Shown one piece after another: positions 49,422 through 58,578 of a stretch of DNA of 64,000 nt. The translations under genes and the position numbers were made by a program. Each line of letters opens with the position of its first letter. Position 1 is the first letter of the stretch. Source of the stretch: Candidatus Dojkabacteria bacterium (lineage in GTDB: Bacteria; Patescibacteriota; Dojkabacteria; GCA-002793355). The notes under the pieces were generated by a model that worked only from the letters and a program-made list of their open reading frames with translations, was not told where the DNA came from and did not search any database. The stretch spans positions 212,345 to 276,344 of the forward strand of contig CP129470.1 of NCBI GenBank assembly GCA_030583685.1, written 5' to 3'.

Positions 49422-50176
49422 TATTTTCTCTCTTCTGTGGGTTTATCATGCTCTTTCTTCTCAGCAGTCGCTTCGGATTTCGCAGTGTCGCTCTCAACTT
49501 TCTGCTTTTTTGTGGGCAATAACTTTTTTTTAATTGATCCGAGTGCTTGTCTGGCATTTGTGCCCAGCTTTTTTAATGCGGAAAACCGTTCACGCGTTTC
49601 TTTTTCTTGAGAAGGTACCTGTGCTTCTCCTTTTGTTTTTTGAACAACTGTTTCTTTTTTCTCACCAATTTGTCTTCCACACTGCGAACAGTGGAGATTG
49701 TAGATGCTTTGACTTGCTTCACACCCTGGACAGACGGTATTCATTTGCGTACCACAAGCAGCACAGAAATTGTGCGTTATTGGAACCAATGTGCCACAGG
49801 TTGGGCAATCATTCACGGAACTTAATTCATTCATAAGATACTTGCTTTCCAATTTGGTCCACTGATTCTCGTCTAAAGTCACTGCAGGTCGCATAAACAA
49901 ATAGCCGACAAGTCCTAAAAGATTAAATGGCAAGACAAAAAGAAACCATAACACGGCAATTTGCCATTGTTTATACCGAGAGCTCGCATCAATCGCAACC
50001 CACAAGGCAAACACTAACCAAATAATGAACACCCATAAGCCTAATAACCGAAAAACCAACATGACATCAATACCGATAATCTGCTGGAATAGATCTTGCA
50101 AGTATGTCCCGAAGTTACCGGGATCCGTTGTTTGGGCGAGTAATCGTTGCATTGCATTGCTATTCAAATGAGTCAC
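49421..50176 (-). CDS. membrane protein with double zinc-ribbon (CPTCG…CAACG, CPGC…CSQCG) and Lys-rich tail; annotated GTG start abuts tRNA-Leu, the ATG at 50152 is more plausible
   Basis: Four CxxC pairs; 2-3 TM helices. Confidence 0.5.
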   Translation of the reverse strand: MTHLNSNAMQRLLAQTTDPGNFGTYLQDLFQQIIGIDVMLVFRLLGLWVFIIWLVFALWVAIDASSRYKQWQIAVLWFLFVLPFNLLGLVGYLFMRPAVTLDENQWTKLESKYLMNELSSVNDCPTCGTLVPITHNFCAACGTQMNTVCPGCEASQSIYNLHCSQCGRQIGEKKETVVQKTKGEAQVPSQEKETRERFSALKKLGTNARQALGSIKKKLLPTKKQKVESDTAKSEATAEKKEHDKPTEERK

Positions 50177-50177
50177 T

Positions 50178-50263
50178 TGGGCAGGGAGGGAGTCGAACCC
50201 TCACGCGGGGGTAACCCGCAAGAGATTTTGAGTCTCCCGTGTCTGCCATTCCACCACCTGCCC
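50178..50263 (-). tRNA. tRNA-Leu (anticodon CAA), type II with long variable arm
   Basis: Reverse complement folds as 7-bp acceptor stem GGGCAGG/CCTGCCC, anticodon stem GGAGA/TCTCT with loop CTCAAAA (anticodon CAA), variable stem GCGGG/CCCGC, T-arm GAGGG-TTCGACT-CCCTC, discriminator A; CCA not encoded. Confidence 0.9.
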
Positions 50264-50337
50264 AAAGTAAGGAATTATAGCAAGAAGCCAGCACAAAGTA
50301 CAACAGACGAGCATAGCTGCATTCTTTTCTTGCCTTC

Positions 50338-51315
50338 TCACACATTGATACAATTTGTGTCACTTCCTTTCAGAAAATTTTTCACATTATCAACAAAGAT
50401 CTTACCTAACGTTTCAGAAGATTCACGTGAAATTCCTGCGATGTGCGGCGTAACGATAACATTAGGAAGTCGAATCATCTCTTGAATCTGAAGCGAGGCT
50501 TCTTTTGAGTAGAAGGGCTCCTCCAAAAGTACGTCAAGTACCGCACCAGCAATCTTTCCCTCTAGTATGACTTCTGCTAATGCATACTCATCAACCACAG
50601 TATTTCTCGCTGTGTTTACCAAAATGGCATCATCTCTCATTTGCTGCAATTCTTCTTTACCAATTAAGTGCCGAGTTTCCATAGTCAATGGAACTGCTAA
50701 AACAAGTATATGCGACCGTGCAAGCAATTTTTCTAGTGTAATAAATCCGTCGACACCCATTTTTTGCTGCTTCTCTTTCGTTGGATGCTTTGTGTGCGCC
50801 AAAACCTCCAGTCCATATCCACGTGCAATACTTGCAATACGCTGGGCAATATTACCACTTCCCACAATGCCAATCGTCTTTCCATAGAGTTCCCTACCGA
50901 CAAAGTGTCGATAGGACCACCCCCCTGCGCGAACATGTGCCTGAGCAGCGGGAATATGTCTGAAAAGCGACGTTATCAACGCAAACACAAATTCTGCAAC
51001 GGCATTTGCATTAAAACCTGCACAATTATAGACTTTCACTCCTTTTTTCCGAGCATATGCCACATCAATATTATCGAATCCAACCGCCTGACAGAAAATA
51101 GCTTGTGCGTGCGGTAACGCGTCAATGAGCTTCCTATCAACTTTCAAAGGAATATCCACTGTTAATAATTCGGCATTTTTTCCACGTTCAACTGCTTCCA
51201 GCCACGTACTCGGGTTATCTTTTGGAATAAATATCGATGAAATCTCGGGTAACCTCTTTATTGCAGAAAAAAACTTTTTATCGACGTACGGTAAATCGAG
51301 TGATGCAAATTTCAT
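50338..51315 (-). CDS. D-isomer-specific 2-hydroxyacid dehydrogenase (catalytic paralog)
   Basis: GIVGSGNIAQRIA (NAD-binding), VNTARN (Arg), DVLLEEP (Glu), VTPHIAG (His). Confidence 0.8.
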   Translation of the reverse strand: MKFASLDLPYVDKKFFSAIKRLPEISSIFIPKDNPSTWLEAVERGKNAELLTVDIPLKVDRKLIDALPHAQAIFCQAVGFDNIDVAYARKKGVKVYNCAGFNANAVAEFVFALITSLFRHIPAAQAHVRAGGWSYRHFVGRELYGKTIGIVGSGNIAQRIASIARGYGLEVLAHTKHPTKEKQQKMGVDGFITLEKLLARSHILVLAVPLTMETRHLIGKEELQQMRDDAILVNTARNTVVDEYALAEVILEGKIAGAVLDVLLEEPFYSKEASLQIQEMIRLPNVIVTPHIAGISRESSETLGKIFVDNVKNFLKGSDTNCINV

Positions 51316-51316
51316 A

Positions 51317-52576
51317 TTAAAATAGTAACAAATCAGATTTTCCTTGCGCATACGAAACTAACCGTTGTACGGTATATTCATTCATTTTTCTTACTGAATC
51401 GCTGGTATACCAGCCAATATCTGGCGTAATGAGTACATTCGGAAGGTGCATTAGTTTTCGGGCCTCGGTTAACGAGCCTTCTTGAAGTTCGGGATAATAA
51501 TCAAAAGCAAGACCTTTGATTAACCCTTGATACATTTTTTCCCTAACCCCTTGATAGTCGATATATTGGTGTTTATATACACTTATCAAATAGACAGGTC
51601 TCGTTAGTTTTGAAAGAAAACGATGATCTAATTTTCCAACTAAATCTTTATATTCATCACCAGTCCAAGAGAAATAGTAAATATCACCCGTTTCAAATAT
51701 TTCCTCTTCTGTTGCAAAACGACTGACGCCAAAGCGTGTTGGATCAACACTCAAGTCTTCTGTGTATATTCCAATTTCAACACCAAGTCCACGCAATAGA
51801 ACCACCAAATCTTCGGTTCCCAACTCTGTCCCGAAAATGATTACCTTTTTCCCTCGCAATTGCTCACCTTTAAAGTAGCGAAATTCCGTAACACCCGTTG
51901 ATGCTTGTGCAGCTGCTTCCACGGTTGCTCGAAGCAAGGCAAAGGTTTGTGACAAAACGTATTCAGTTACTGCAGTTGATTTATAGTCATAGGGTATGTT
52001 CGAGAGATGAAGGTTTCGTTCTTTCATCGCCACGATATCGACATACCGATACATATGTGTCGTTAAATGCATGTATTCAAGTTGTGGAAGCTGCTTCAAT
52101 AGCGTTTCAGTGACCTTCCCTGCATAATTATTGATGATAACCTGACTATGCTTCGCCCGTTTAACAAATTCGTCATCGGGAACATATAATTGTGTATGAG
52201 AATAGTCAGAAATCTCGTAATACTCTTCCAATTTTCTTCGCGCATCGGGAAGCAAATCAAAGTAATTCACAATCGCAAGTGATTTCTTTCCTTTGCCTGC
52301 ATGACTCCGTGCATGGTGTGAGCTTTCCAGAATCTTGTTAAGCCCCTGTTTGTATTGAGTAATTTTCCGAAGAAAGTAGGCAGTAACCACTGCTTCCTCC
52401 GCAAGATAATAGACTCTCACACGGCCTTTTTTGCTTGTTTTGACAATCCCCTCCGCAATAGCCTTTCGCAAATGATGTCTCGCCGCAGTTCGTTTAAAAC
52501 CAAAAGACTCCATCAACTGATATACCGTTACTGTTTTTTGTTTTCGAAGTAACGTGACAAGCTCCACCATTTCCAT
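51317..52576 (-). CDS. winged-HTH regulator fused to a degenerate (pseudo-enzyme) D-2-hydroxyacid-dehydrogenase-like domain
   Basis: N-terminal TVYQLMESFGFKRTAARHHLRKAIAEGIV (HTH); C-terminal 2-HADH fold with PNVLITPDIG (His replaced by Asp), NAD motif degraded to IIFGTELGTE, Arg of NTARG lost. Confidence 0.6.
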   Translation of the reverse strand: MEMVELVTLLRKQKTVTVYQLMESFGFKRTAARHHLRKAIAEGIVKTSKKGRVRVYYLAEEAVVTAYFLRKITQYKQGLNKILESSHHARSHAGKGKKSLAIVNYFDLLPDARRKLEEYYEISDYSHTQLYVPDDEFVKRAKHSQVIINNYAGKVTETLLKQLPQLEYMHLTTHMYRYVDIVAMKERNLHLSNIPYDYKSTAVTEYVLSQTFALLRATVEAAAQASTGVTEFRYFKGEQLRGKKVIIFGTELGTEDLVVLLRGLGVEIGIYTEDLSVDPTRFGVSRFATEEEIFETGDIYYFSWTGDEYKDLVGKLDHRFLSKLTRPVYLISVYKHQYIDYQGVREKMYQGLIKGLAFDYYPELQEGSLTEARKLMHLPNVLITPDIGWYTSDSVRKMNEYTVQRLVSYAQGKSDLLLF

Positions 52577-52686
52577 AGCTATATTTTACAGTCACAAACT
52601 GGCTAACACAATAGCCAATTCATAATCACATATCGCTCTACAACGATTACCTAATCGACAGACCTTCTTAATAAATAAAAACGCCG

Positions 52687-54006
52687 CTATTCCTGTTCTT
52701 TCGACAGATTTCTGAAGCTCGCCATTTCTTTTACCCAGGCGAGTTCGATTGAACCCGTTGGACCGTTTCGATGTTTCGCCACTTTTATCTCGGCAATACC
52801 TTTCTTTTCTGTCTCTGGATCGTAATAATCCTCACGATGAATAAACATAACGACATCTGCGTCTTGCTCGATTGATCCAGAATCACGTAAATCTGACAAT
52901 TGCGGTAATTTGTCTGGTCGATCTTCAGTTTTACGAGACAGCTGAGAAAGCGCGATAACAGGCACACGCAACTCACGCGCCATATTCTTCAATTCTTGAG
53001 AAATCTGAGATACTTCCTGAACTCTTCCCTCTCGGGTGTTTCCTTGAATTAACTGCAAATAATCAATAAAGATGGCGTCAAGCCCCTGTTCCATATACAA
53101 TCGACGCGCTTTTGTACGCACTTCAACTATATTTGCTCCAGGAGTATCGTCAATTGAGATATGTAGGTCAGAAAGAATACCAGTACCTTCCGAAAGTCTG
53201 GCGAACTCTTCCTCTGTGAGTTTTCCGGTACGCATATCCCACAATCCAACACCACTTTGCGATGAAAGTAACCGAGATGCTAATTGACTTTGCGACATTT
53301 CTAACGAGAAAATTGCCACCTTATTTCCTGCGAGAGCGATATTTCTTGTCATATCCAACATGAACGAAGACTTACCCATTGAGGGACGTGCGGCAAGAAT
53401 AATCAAATCGGATTTTTGCAATCCACCAAGCATGCCATCAACATCGCGGAAGCCTGTGGGTACCCCCAGTAATGATCCATCTGCAACATTTACTTGAGCA
53501 GCTTCTTCATACACTTGTTCCAAGACATCTGCAATACGTGTAAACCCTTTATCGACACCCTGTACAGATACGGTAAACAATTCGTGCTGTGACTGGTTAA
53601 CGACATCGTTTGTAGGCTTTTCCTCATCAAATGCCAAGTCGGTAATAGTTGCTGCAGCAGAAATAAGGCTTCGTCTCAAGGCTTTTTCTTTAATCGTTTT
53701 TGCGTATTGTTCGGCGTGCGCCGAGGTTGGCACAGACTCAATCAACTCTACAAGATACGACCTTCCCCCTACTTCCTGAATGACATTTTGTTTTTGTAAG
53801 AAATCGGTTAATGTCAATTGATCAATCGATACCGAAGCCATAAAAAGATCAGACATTGCCTTGTAGATGATTCCATGCCGCTTCTCATAAAAATGCTCTG
53901 GCTTTAAAAAAGACAATACTTTTACCAGTGCATCACGATCAAGCAAAATTGCCCCAAGAATACTCTTCTCAGCATCTACATTTTGTGGAGGAAGTCGCTG
54001 CGCCAT
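52687..54006 (-). CDS. dnaB: replicative DNA helicase DnaB
   Basis: Walker A GKSSFMLDM…; RecA-like C-domain; N-terminal DnaB domain. Confidence 0.9.
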   Translation of the reverse strand: MAQRLPPQNVDAEKSILGAILLDRDALVKVLSFLKPEHFYEKRHGIIYKAMSDLFMASVSIDQLTLTDFLQKQNVIQEVGGRSYLVELIESVPTSAHAEQYAKTIKEKALRRSLISAAATITDLAFDEEKPTNDVVNQSQHELFTVSVQGVDKGFTRIADVLEQVYEEAAQVNVADGSLLGVPTGFRDVDGMLGGLQKSDLIILAARPSMGKSSFMLDMTRNIALAGNKVAIFSLEMSQSQLASRLLSSQSGVGLWDMRTGKLTEEEFARLSEGTGILSDLHISIDDTPGANIVEVRTKARRLYMEQGLDAIFIDYLQLIQGNTREGRVQEVSQISQELKNMARELRVPVIALSQLSRKTEDRPDKLPQLSDLRDSGSIEQDADVVMFIHREDYYDPETEKKGIAEIKVAKHRNGPTGSIELAWVKEMASFRNLSKEQE

Positions 54007-54056
54007 ACTGTATCAATTATACCGTATCCAAAATTTAGCTGGGCAGCCGTAATCAC

Positions 54057-54650
54057 CTACACAAGTGCCGTCACTGTCATGGTTACAATGCCATCTCGAG
54101 CACTTGCTTCAATCTTCTTTACCGTCACTTTTTCGCTTTCATGGACCTCACTTAAACCAGTTTTCTTTTTGTATTCTTCTGTATACGTAGAAAGGACGAC
54201 ATGGAAAGGTTCAAAATCAAGTTGTCTGCCTGACAATGCCGTATCATGACCAACAAGAACATCGATTGGCGCATATTGCTTCACAAAGGAATCGCTTGGT
54301 TCTGATTGAAAGAAGCCGACAGTGCCTTCAGATGTGTCCAATACATAATGAACTACCGAGTCAAGGCTACTCCCCTTCAGATGAACATCCTTGATACGAT
54401 ACTCACCTGCTGAGAAAATGACAATCGCATCTTGGTTGTTCTTCAGATCCTGCGAAAACAAATCCCACTCCTCTACGTTCTCTGGAGTATTTACCGGTTC
54501 GACAACGGTAACAAGAACAATATCAATGTCCTCGGGAATTTTCCCAGCCAACTCTGCCGGTGACGCAAGAGGAGAAAGAAACCAGAGTACTTTTGTCTCC
54601 TTTACTTCAAGGCGAATGGCATTAATTTTCTTTAATTTCGTAAACTGCAT
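54057..54650 (-). CDS. hypothetical protein (197 aa) upstream of dnaB; not recognisable as ribosomal protein L9
   Basis: ORF only. Confidence 0.4.
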   Translation of the reverse strand: MQFTKLKKINAIRLEVKETKVLWFLSPLASPAELAGKIPEDIDIVLVTVVEPVNTPENVEEWDLFSQDLKNNQDAIVIFSAGEYRIKDVHLKGSSLDSVVHYVLDTSEGTVGFFQSEPSDSFVKQYAPIDVLVGHDTALSGRQLDFEPFHVVLSTYTEEYKKKTGLSEVHESEKVTVKKIEASARDGIVTMTVTALV

Positions 54651-54669
54651 AAGGGATTATAGCACCTCT

Positions 54670-54900
54670 CTATTTCAATAAATCAGAAAGATTCTCTAAA
54701 GATGCCATGATTTTGTCTTTGGTATGCTCCTCAATTAATGCAATCTTTGTGTTTTCCAATGAGGAAATCACTGCGCTTAACTGGATGAGAATCTGCTTGA
54801 CCTCGGTTTTTGGATCGTCAATCATTCGCTGTACGGCTTTAACTTGACCTTCACTTCTTTTCAGTCGATTGACTAATTGTTCCCGAACTTCCTGCTTCAT
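54670..54900 (-). CDS. CsoR/RcnR/FrmR-family (DUF156) small transcriptional repressor lacking the usual metal-binding Cys
   Basis: LVNRLKRSEGQVKAVQRMIDD…ILIQLSAVISSLEN aligns with the CsoR helix 1-2 signature. Confidence 0.6.
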   Translation of the reverse strand: MKQEVREQLVNRLKRSEGQVKAVQRMIDDPKTEVKQILIQLSAVISSLENTKIALIEEHTKDKIMASLENLSDLLK

Positions 54901-54941
54901 TGGACACAGTATATACCCCCCAGGGTATTTTCGTCAACACT

Positions 54942-54970
54942 TTGTGAGAACTTCGAATTACGCGTATAAT
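54942..54970 (+). promoter_or_regulatory. promoter TTGTGA (54942-54947), 17 bp spacer, TATAAT (54965-54970), ATG at 54977 (leaderless)
   Basis: Read directly. Confidence 0.5.
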
Positions 54971-54976
54971 ACCGGT

Positions 54977-55468
54977 ATGGAGCTCGTTCCTTATCAAGCA
55001 AAACGTGGGAAGAAGTACCCGTCAGGGACTACCTCTGAAATTGCATTGTTATCTGAACTTTCAGCACTACTCTCTCAACTTCCCGAAGGAAATGCCCGTT
55101 TTGTTCCTGACACAGCCACACGGGTACTCGGCAAACAGGTATTCCCTACAACACTTACGCAAACCGACGCAATAGCAATATTTGCCCCTGTGTTATCAGA
55201 GAAACAGGGAGACCGTATACCGTTATTTCTCCTTGAGCTCCCCGTATTGCTTCTTTCCTCTCTGTCTTCTCAACAGAAACTTCGCAGACCGTACAAGCTC
55301 TTGCCAAAACCCTATCAAAAACGCATCAAAACGACATACACGAGCAAACAGACACGCGATGGCTTAGCCACATTTCTTGACTCAAAAAAGAAAGCACGCA
55401 GGTATATGAGAATTTTCCATAAGCGACTGGGACTCTATACAAAAAGAAAACCACCGTTTCAAGATTAA
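54977..55468 (+). CDS. hypothetical basic protein (163 aa; start trimmed from track ORF 54869..55468)
   Basis: Internal Met MELVPYQAKRGKK sits 6 nt after a perfect TATAAT. Confidence 0.4.
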   Translation: MELVPYQAKRGKKYPSGTTSEIALLSELSALLSQLPEGNARFVPDTATRVLGKQVFPTTLTQTDAIAIFAPVLSEKQGDRIPLFLLELPVLLLSSLSSQQKLRRPYKLLPKPYQKRIKTTYTSKQTRDGLATFLDSKKKARRYMRIFHKRLGLYTKRKPPFQD

Positions 55469-55745
55469 AGCAGTCGTAATTGCTCATCACCACTCAGGGC
55501 AAGCGTATCAAATACAATCTCCATTCTACTCCTCCACCCACTCTTTGTCCGCGTTATTACTTCAGGAATATCAAGCATATGATACACATCGTACGAATAT
55601 TACAGTATTGACATCAAAATACGAGAACATGCCATCGTCAGCTTCGTAAAACATAGCAGGAACTATATCCCGTACCAACCTCGACATCTGTTACTTGATT
55701 TTACCACCACGCCACTCTAACTGATTCAGAAGGCGAACGCAACTT

Positions 55746-56951
55746 CTAACTCACAATTCCACCGCCAAGAATTTCTACCTCTCGGATTTCGGTTCTTGTT
55801 TCATTGCCCGTGAAATATTTATATAGGTCGCTTGCCGAACTCGAGACCTGCGTTTTTTCCGCATATTTGTCTTCTTTTTCTCCCTCGCAAATCATAACCC
55901 CTTGTCCTTCAGCAGGGGCCCAAAACATTCTTGAATCTTGGGAAACTACCATCGCCCTATCGTTGACAAAATTTGTAATAGTCGCACGATACGGTCTTTC
56001 TCGATACCGGAGCGCTACCATCACTTCTTGCCCTTCGTAAAACTGTTCGGAAATCGAATGAAGTTGAGCAACTGCTATGTTCTCCTTCAGAAGGTGAGCG
56101 TTGTCGTGTCCTTGCGCAATGTAGAGCTGATTTGAAGACGGTTCCTTCTTCACAACAAAATATGGTGCGTCTGTGCTACTCACGCCAATTCCCTGTCGCT
56201 GCCCAATGGTATAGAACCATAACCCTTGATGACGCCCCACCACGTCGCCTGATTGAATATCAACAATATCTCCAGGATTTGTGTCCAAGTGTTCACGTAT
56301 AAAGTCGCGAACATCGATATCCCCTACAAAACAAATCCCTTGACTATCTTTTTTTGTTGCATTGGGTAACCCAAAGTGTTGGGCAAGTATTCTTACCTCT
56401 TTTTTATAATAATTCCCTAGCGGAAAGGTCGCTCGCTGTAATTGTTCAGCAGAAATCCGTTGCAAGAAATATCCTTGATCCTTCGTTGCGTCTAACGCAG
56501 TAAACAACCCTAATGTACCAGACGCTTCCCAGGGGAATTCTGACATACTTCGTCTTCTGGCATAATGGCCTGTTGCAATATAGGCGGCTCCTTCTTCGCG
56601 TGCTCGCTGCGCAAAACTATCAAATTTAATCAAGTTGTTGCAAAAAATATCTGGGTTTGGAGTCCTACCCGCTTTATATTCTGAAAAGAAATAGTCAAGA
56701 ACACGAGCTTTATATTCTTTTTCAAAGTTGTACACCTTCCACGGAATTCCTAAATGCGTTGCCACTTTCTCAACGTCAGCAACTTCCTCCTCCCACGGGC
56801 AACGTGCAGAAACACCGAAATTATCGGCCCAATTTTTCATATACACACCGACAACGGGATACCCGGCATGAACGAGCAGCGCTGCTGCCACTGCACTGTC
56901 AACTCCTCCTGACAAAGCAACATAGATTGTCGGTTTCTGCGAACTTTTCAC
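55746..56951 (-). CDS. mnmA: tRNA-specific 2-thiouridylase
   Basis: PP-loop VALSGGVDSAVAA; C-terminal MnmA domains. Confidence 0.88.
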   Translation of the reverse strand: MKSSQKPTIYVALSGGVDSAVAAALLVHAGYPVVGVYMKNWADNFGVSARCPWEEEVADVEKVATHLGIPWKVYNFEKEYKARVLDYFFSEYKAGRTPNPDIFCNNLIKFDSFAQRAREEGAAYIATGHYARRRSMSEFPWEASGTLGLFTALDATKDQGYFLQRISAEQLQRATFPLGNYYKKEVRILAQHFGLPNATKKDSQGICFVGDIDVRDFIREHLDTNPGDIVDIQSGDVVGRHQGLWFYTIGQRQGIGVSSTDAPYFVVKKEPSSNQLYIAQGHDNAHLLKENIAVAQLHSISEQFYEGQEVMVALRYRERPYRATITNFVNDRAMVVSQDSRMFWAPAEGQGVMICEGEKEDKYAEKTQVSSSASDLYKYFTGNETRTEIREVEILGGGIVS

Positions 56952-56957
56952 AGTGTA

Positions 56958-58148
56958 TTATATCGCAATTGTCAGAAAAAAGCTTCTCTTCTTTCCCCAC
57001 TTACGAGTAATGGCATCAATTGCCATCATTGCTTTCTGCTCTTTCAAGGATTGGTCCCCACTCATCATTTTCGACGGGAAAAACGCCAGTTGTTTACTAT
57101 TTTCTGGTGTTAAATCAAATAAATAGACTCCCGCCCTCTTGACTTCATCACCTTCTGACATCACCTGTGGCAGCACATCACTGACAAATTTTGTAAATGT
57201 TGGCGTGTATGCTGTTGCTGGTACAAATGTTGTATGCTGTTGCACACCAAGCATAACGCCCGTTCGCTTAAACCGATTGCCTTGCAGAAAAAGCCCCATT
57301 GCTCCAGCAACCTCTTGATGTTGTCGTAACTGTTGACCAGCTCGATGACATAACGCAAAAAGTTTTTTCTCAACTTCCGAACGAGTTGTTATTGCCTGTC
57401 GGTATGATTCACTACACAAAATTGATTGTGCCGGTTTTGGAACTTGCCTTCCGTGAAAGCACGACTTCCCTTGTAATTCCTGAATTGTATACGCGAGCGT
57501 AACCGAAAATTTTTTTCGGAAAGAAATTGGATCCACTGCGGCCAACTCACCAGCAGTCGAAATTCCATAGGCAAGAAGTTTCTTGCGCAGAGCTCTTCCA
57601 ATCCCCCAGACATCGCCGACAGGAATATGTGGTAAAACCTCGGGCACCTCTTTGTCATCAAGCACAGAAACCCCATGCGGTAATTTTTTAGCTCGCTTGA
57701 CCGCAACTTTCGCCAGAGTCTTGGTTGCAGCAATTCCGACAGAAACAGGAATCCCTGTCCACTGTTTTATTTTATCCCTCACTCGACAACACCTTGCCTC
57801 AAACTCTGTTACCGCCCCCTTGGCAGGGAAAAATACAAATGATTCATCAATTGAATACTCTTCAACAAAGGGAAACTCTTCCCTGATAATAGTCACAATT
57901 CGCTGAGATATGTCGCCATATAAGGAGAAATGTGTCGGTATGACCACAACCCCCTGCTCCTCTAATAACTCCTGAATCTGAAACAGTGGTGCAGCCATTT
58001 GAATCCCTAACGCTTTTGCCTCCTCAGAACGAGCGAGAATAATACCTCCTGGGTTTGCAACAACGACAGGAATCCCCTGTAATTTTGGGTTCACTACTCG
58101 TTCGCAAGAAACATAAAAATTGTTTGCATCAAAGACTGCATAATACAC
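56958..58148 (-). CDS. Y-family translesion DNA polymerase (DinB/UmuC-like)
   Basis: MYYAVFDANNFYVSCERVVNPKLQGIPVVVA…; IMS/UmuC palm. Confidence 0.85.
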   Translation of the reverse strand: MYYAVFDANNFYVSCERVVNPKLQGIPVVVANPGGIILARSEEAKALGIQMAAPLFQIQELLEEQGVVVIPTHFSLYGDISQRIVTIIREEFPFVEEYSIDESFVFFPAKGAVTEFEARCCRVRDKIKQWTGIPVSVGIAATKTLAKVAVKRAKKLPHGVSVLDDKEVPEVLPHIPVGDVWGIGRALRKKLLAYGISTAGELAAVDPISFRKKFSVTLAYTIQELQGKSCFHGRQVPKPAQSILCSESYRQAITTRSEVEKKLFALCHRAGQQLRQHQEVAGAMGLFLQGNRFKRTGVMLGVQQHTTFVPATAYTPTFTKFVSDVLPQVMSEGDEVKRAGVYLFDLTPENSKQLAFFPSKMMSGDQSLKEQKAMMAIDAITRKWGKKRSFFLTIAI

Positions 58149-58164
58149 GCTTTATTATACAGAA

Positions 58165-58578
58165 TTACGAGGAAACCGAGTGAATAACAAAAGTCACGAC
58201 TCCCCAGAGTTCAATATTCATTCCTTCTTCCAACAGTATCGGAGCATACTCAGAATTACCTGCAACGAGATACTGCTTGCCGCCTTGTATCTGCAAGTAC
58301 TTAACCGTAAAGGTGCCATCAACAACAGCCACAACGACTTGACCGTTTTTGGGCTCTTTTGCTCTATCAACGATAATAATATCCCCTGAAAAAATTCCCG
58401 CCTCCTGCATTGAATGCCCTTGTACCTCAATAAAATATGTTGCCGCAGGATGTTCAACAAGATGGGTGAGTAAATCGAAATTTTGCTGGTTGACTGCCGG
58501 GTTAGGCAGCAAAAAACCTGCAGTAACACCAGTGACGACACTAGATTTCAGTTGTTTCTGTTTACGTTGTTTTTTCAT
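58165..58578 (-). CDS. S24 LexA-family self-cleaving peptidase without DNA-binding domain (UmuD-like); start trimmed to MKKQRKQ
   Basis: GHSMQEAGIFSGDIIIVDRAKEPKNGQVVVAVVDGTFTVK (Ser…Lys dyad); Ala-Gly in VTAGF; immediately upstream of the Y-family polymerase. Confidence 0.7.
   Translation of the reverse strand: MKKQRKQKQLKSSVVTGVTAGFLLPNPAVNQQNFDLLTHLVEHPAATYFIEVQGHSMQEAGIFSGDIIIVDRAKEPKNGQVVVAVVDGTFTVKYLQIQGGKQYLVAGNSEYAPILLEEGMNIELWGVVTFVIHSVSS

Noticed and set aside
54869-55468. Long version of the ORF starting MTNCSRTSCF
   Set aside because: The N-terminal 36 codons overlap the divergent promoter. The internal Met at 54977 sits exactly 6 nt after a perfect TATAAT.
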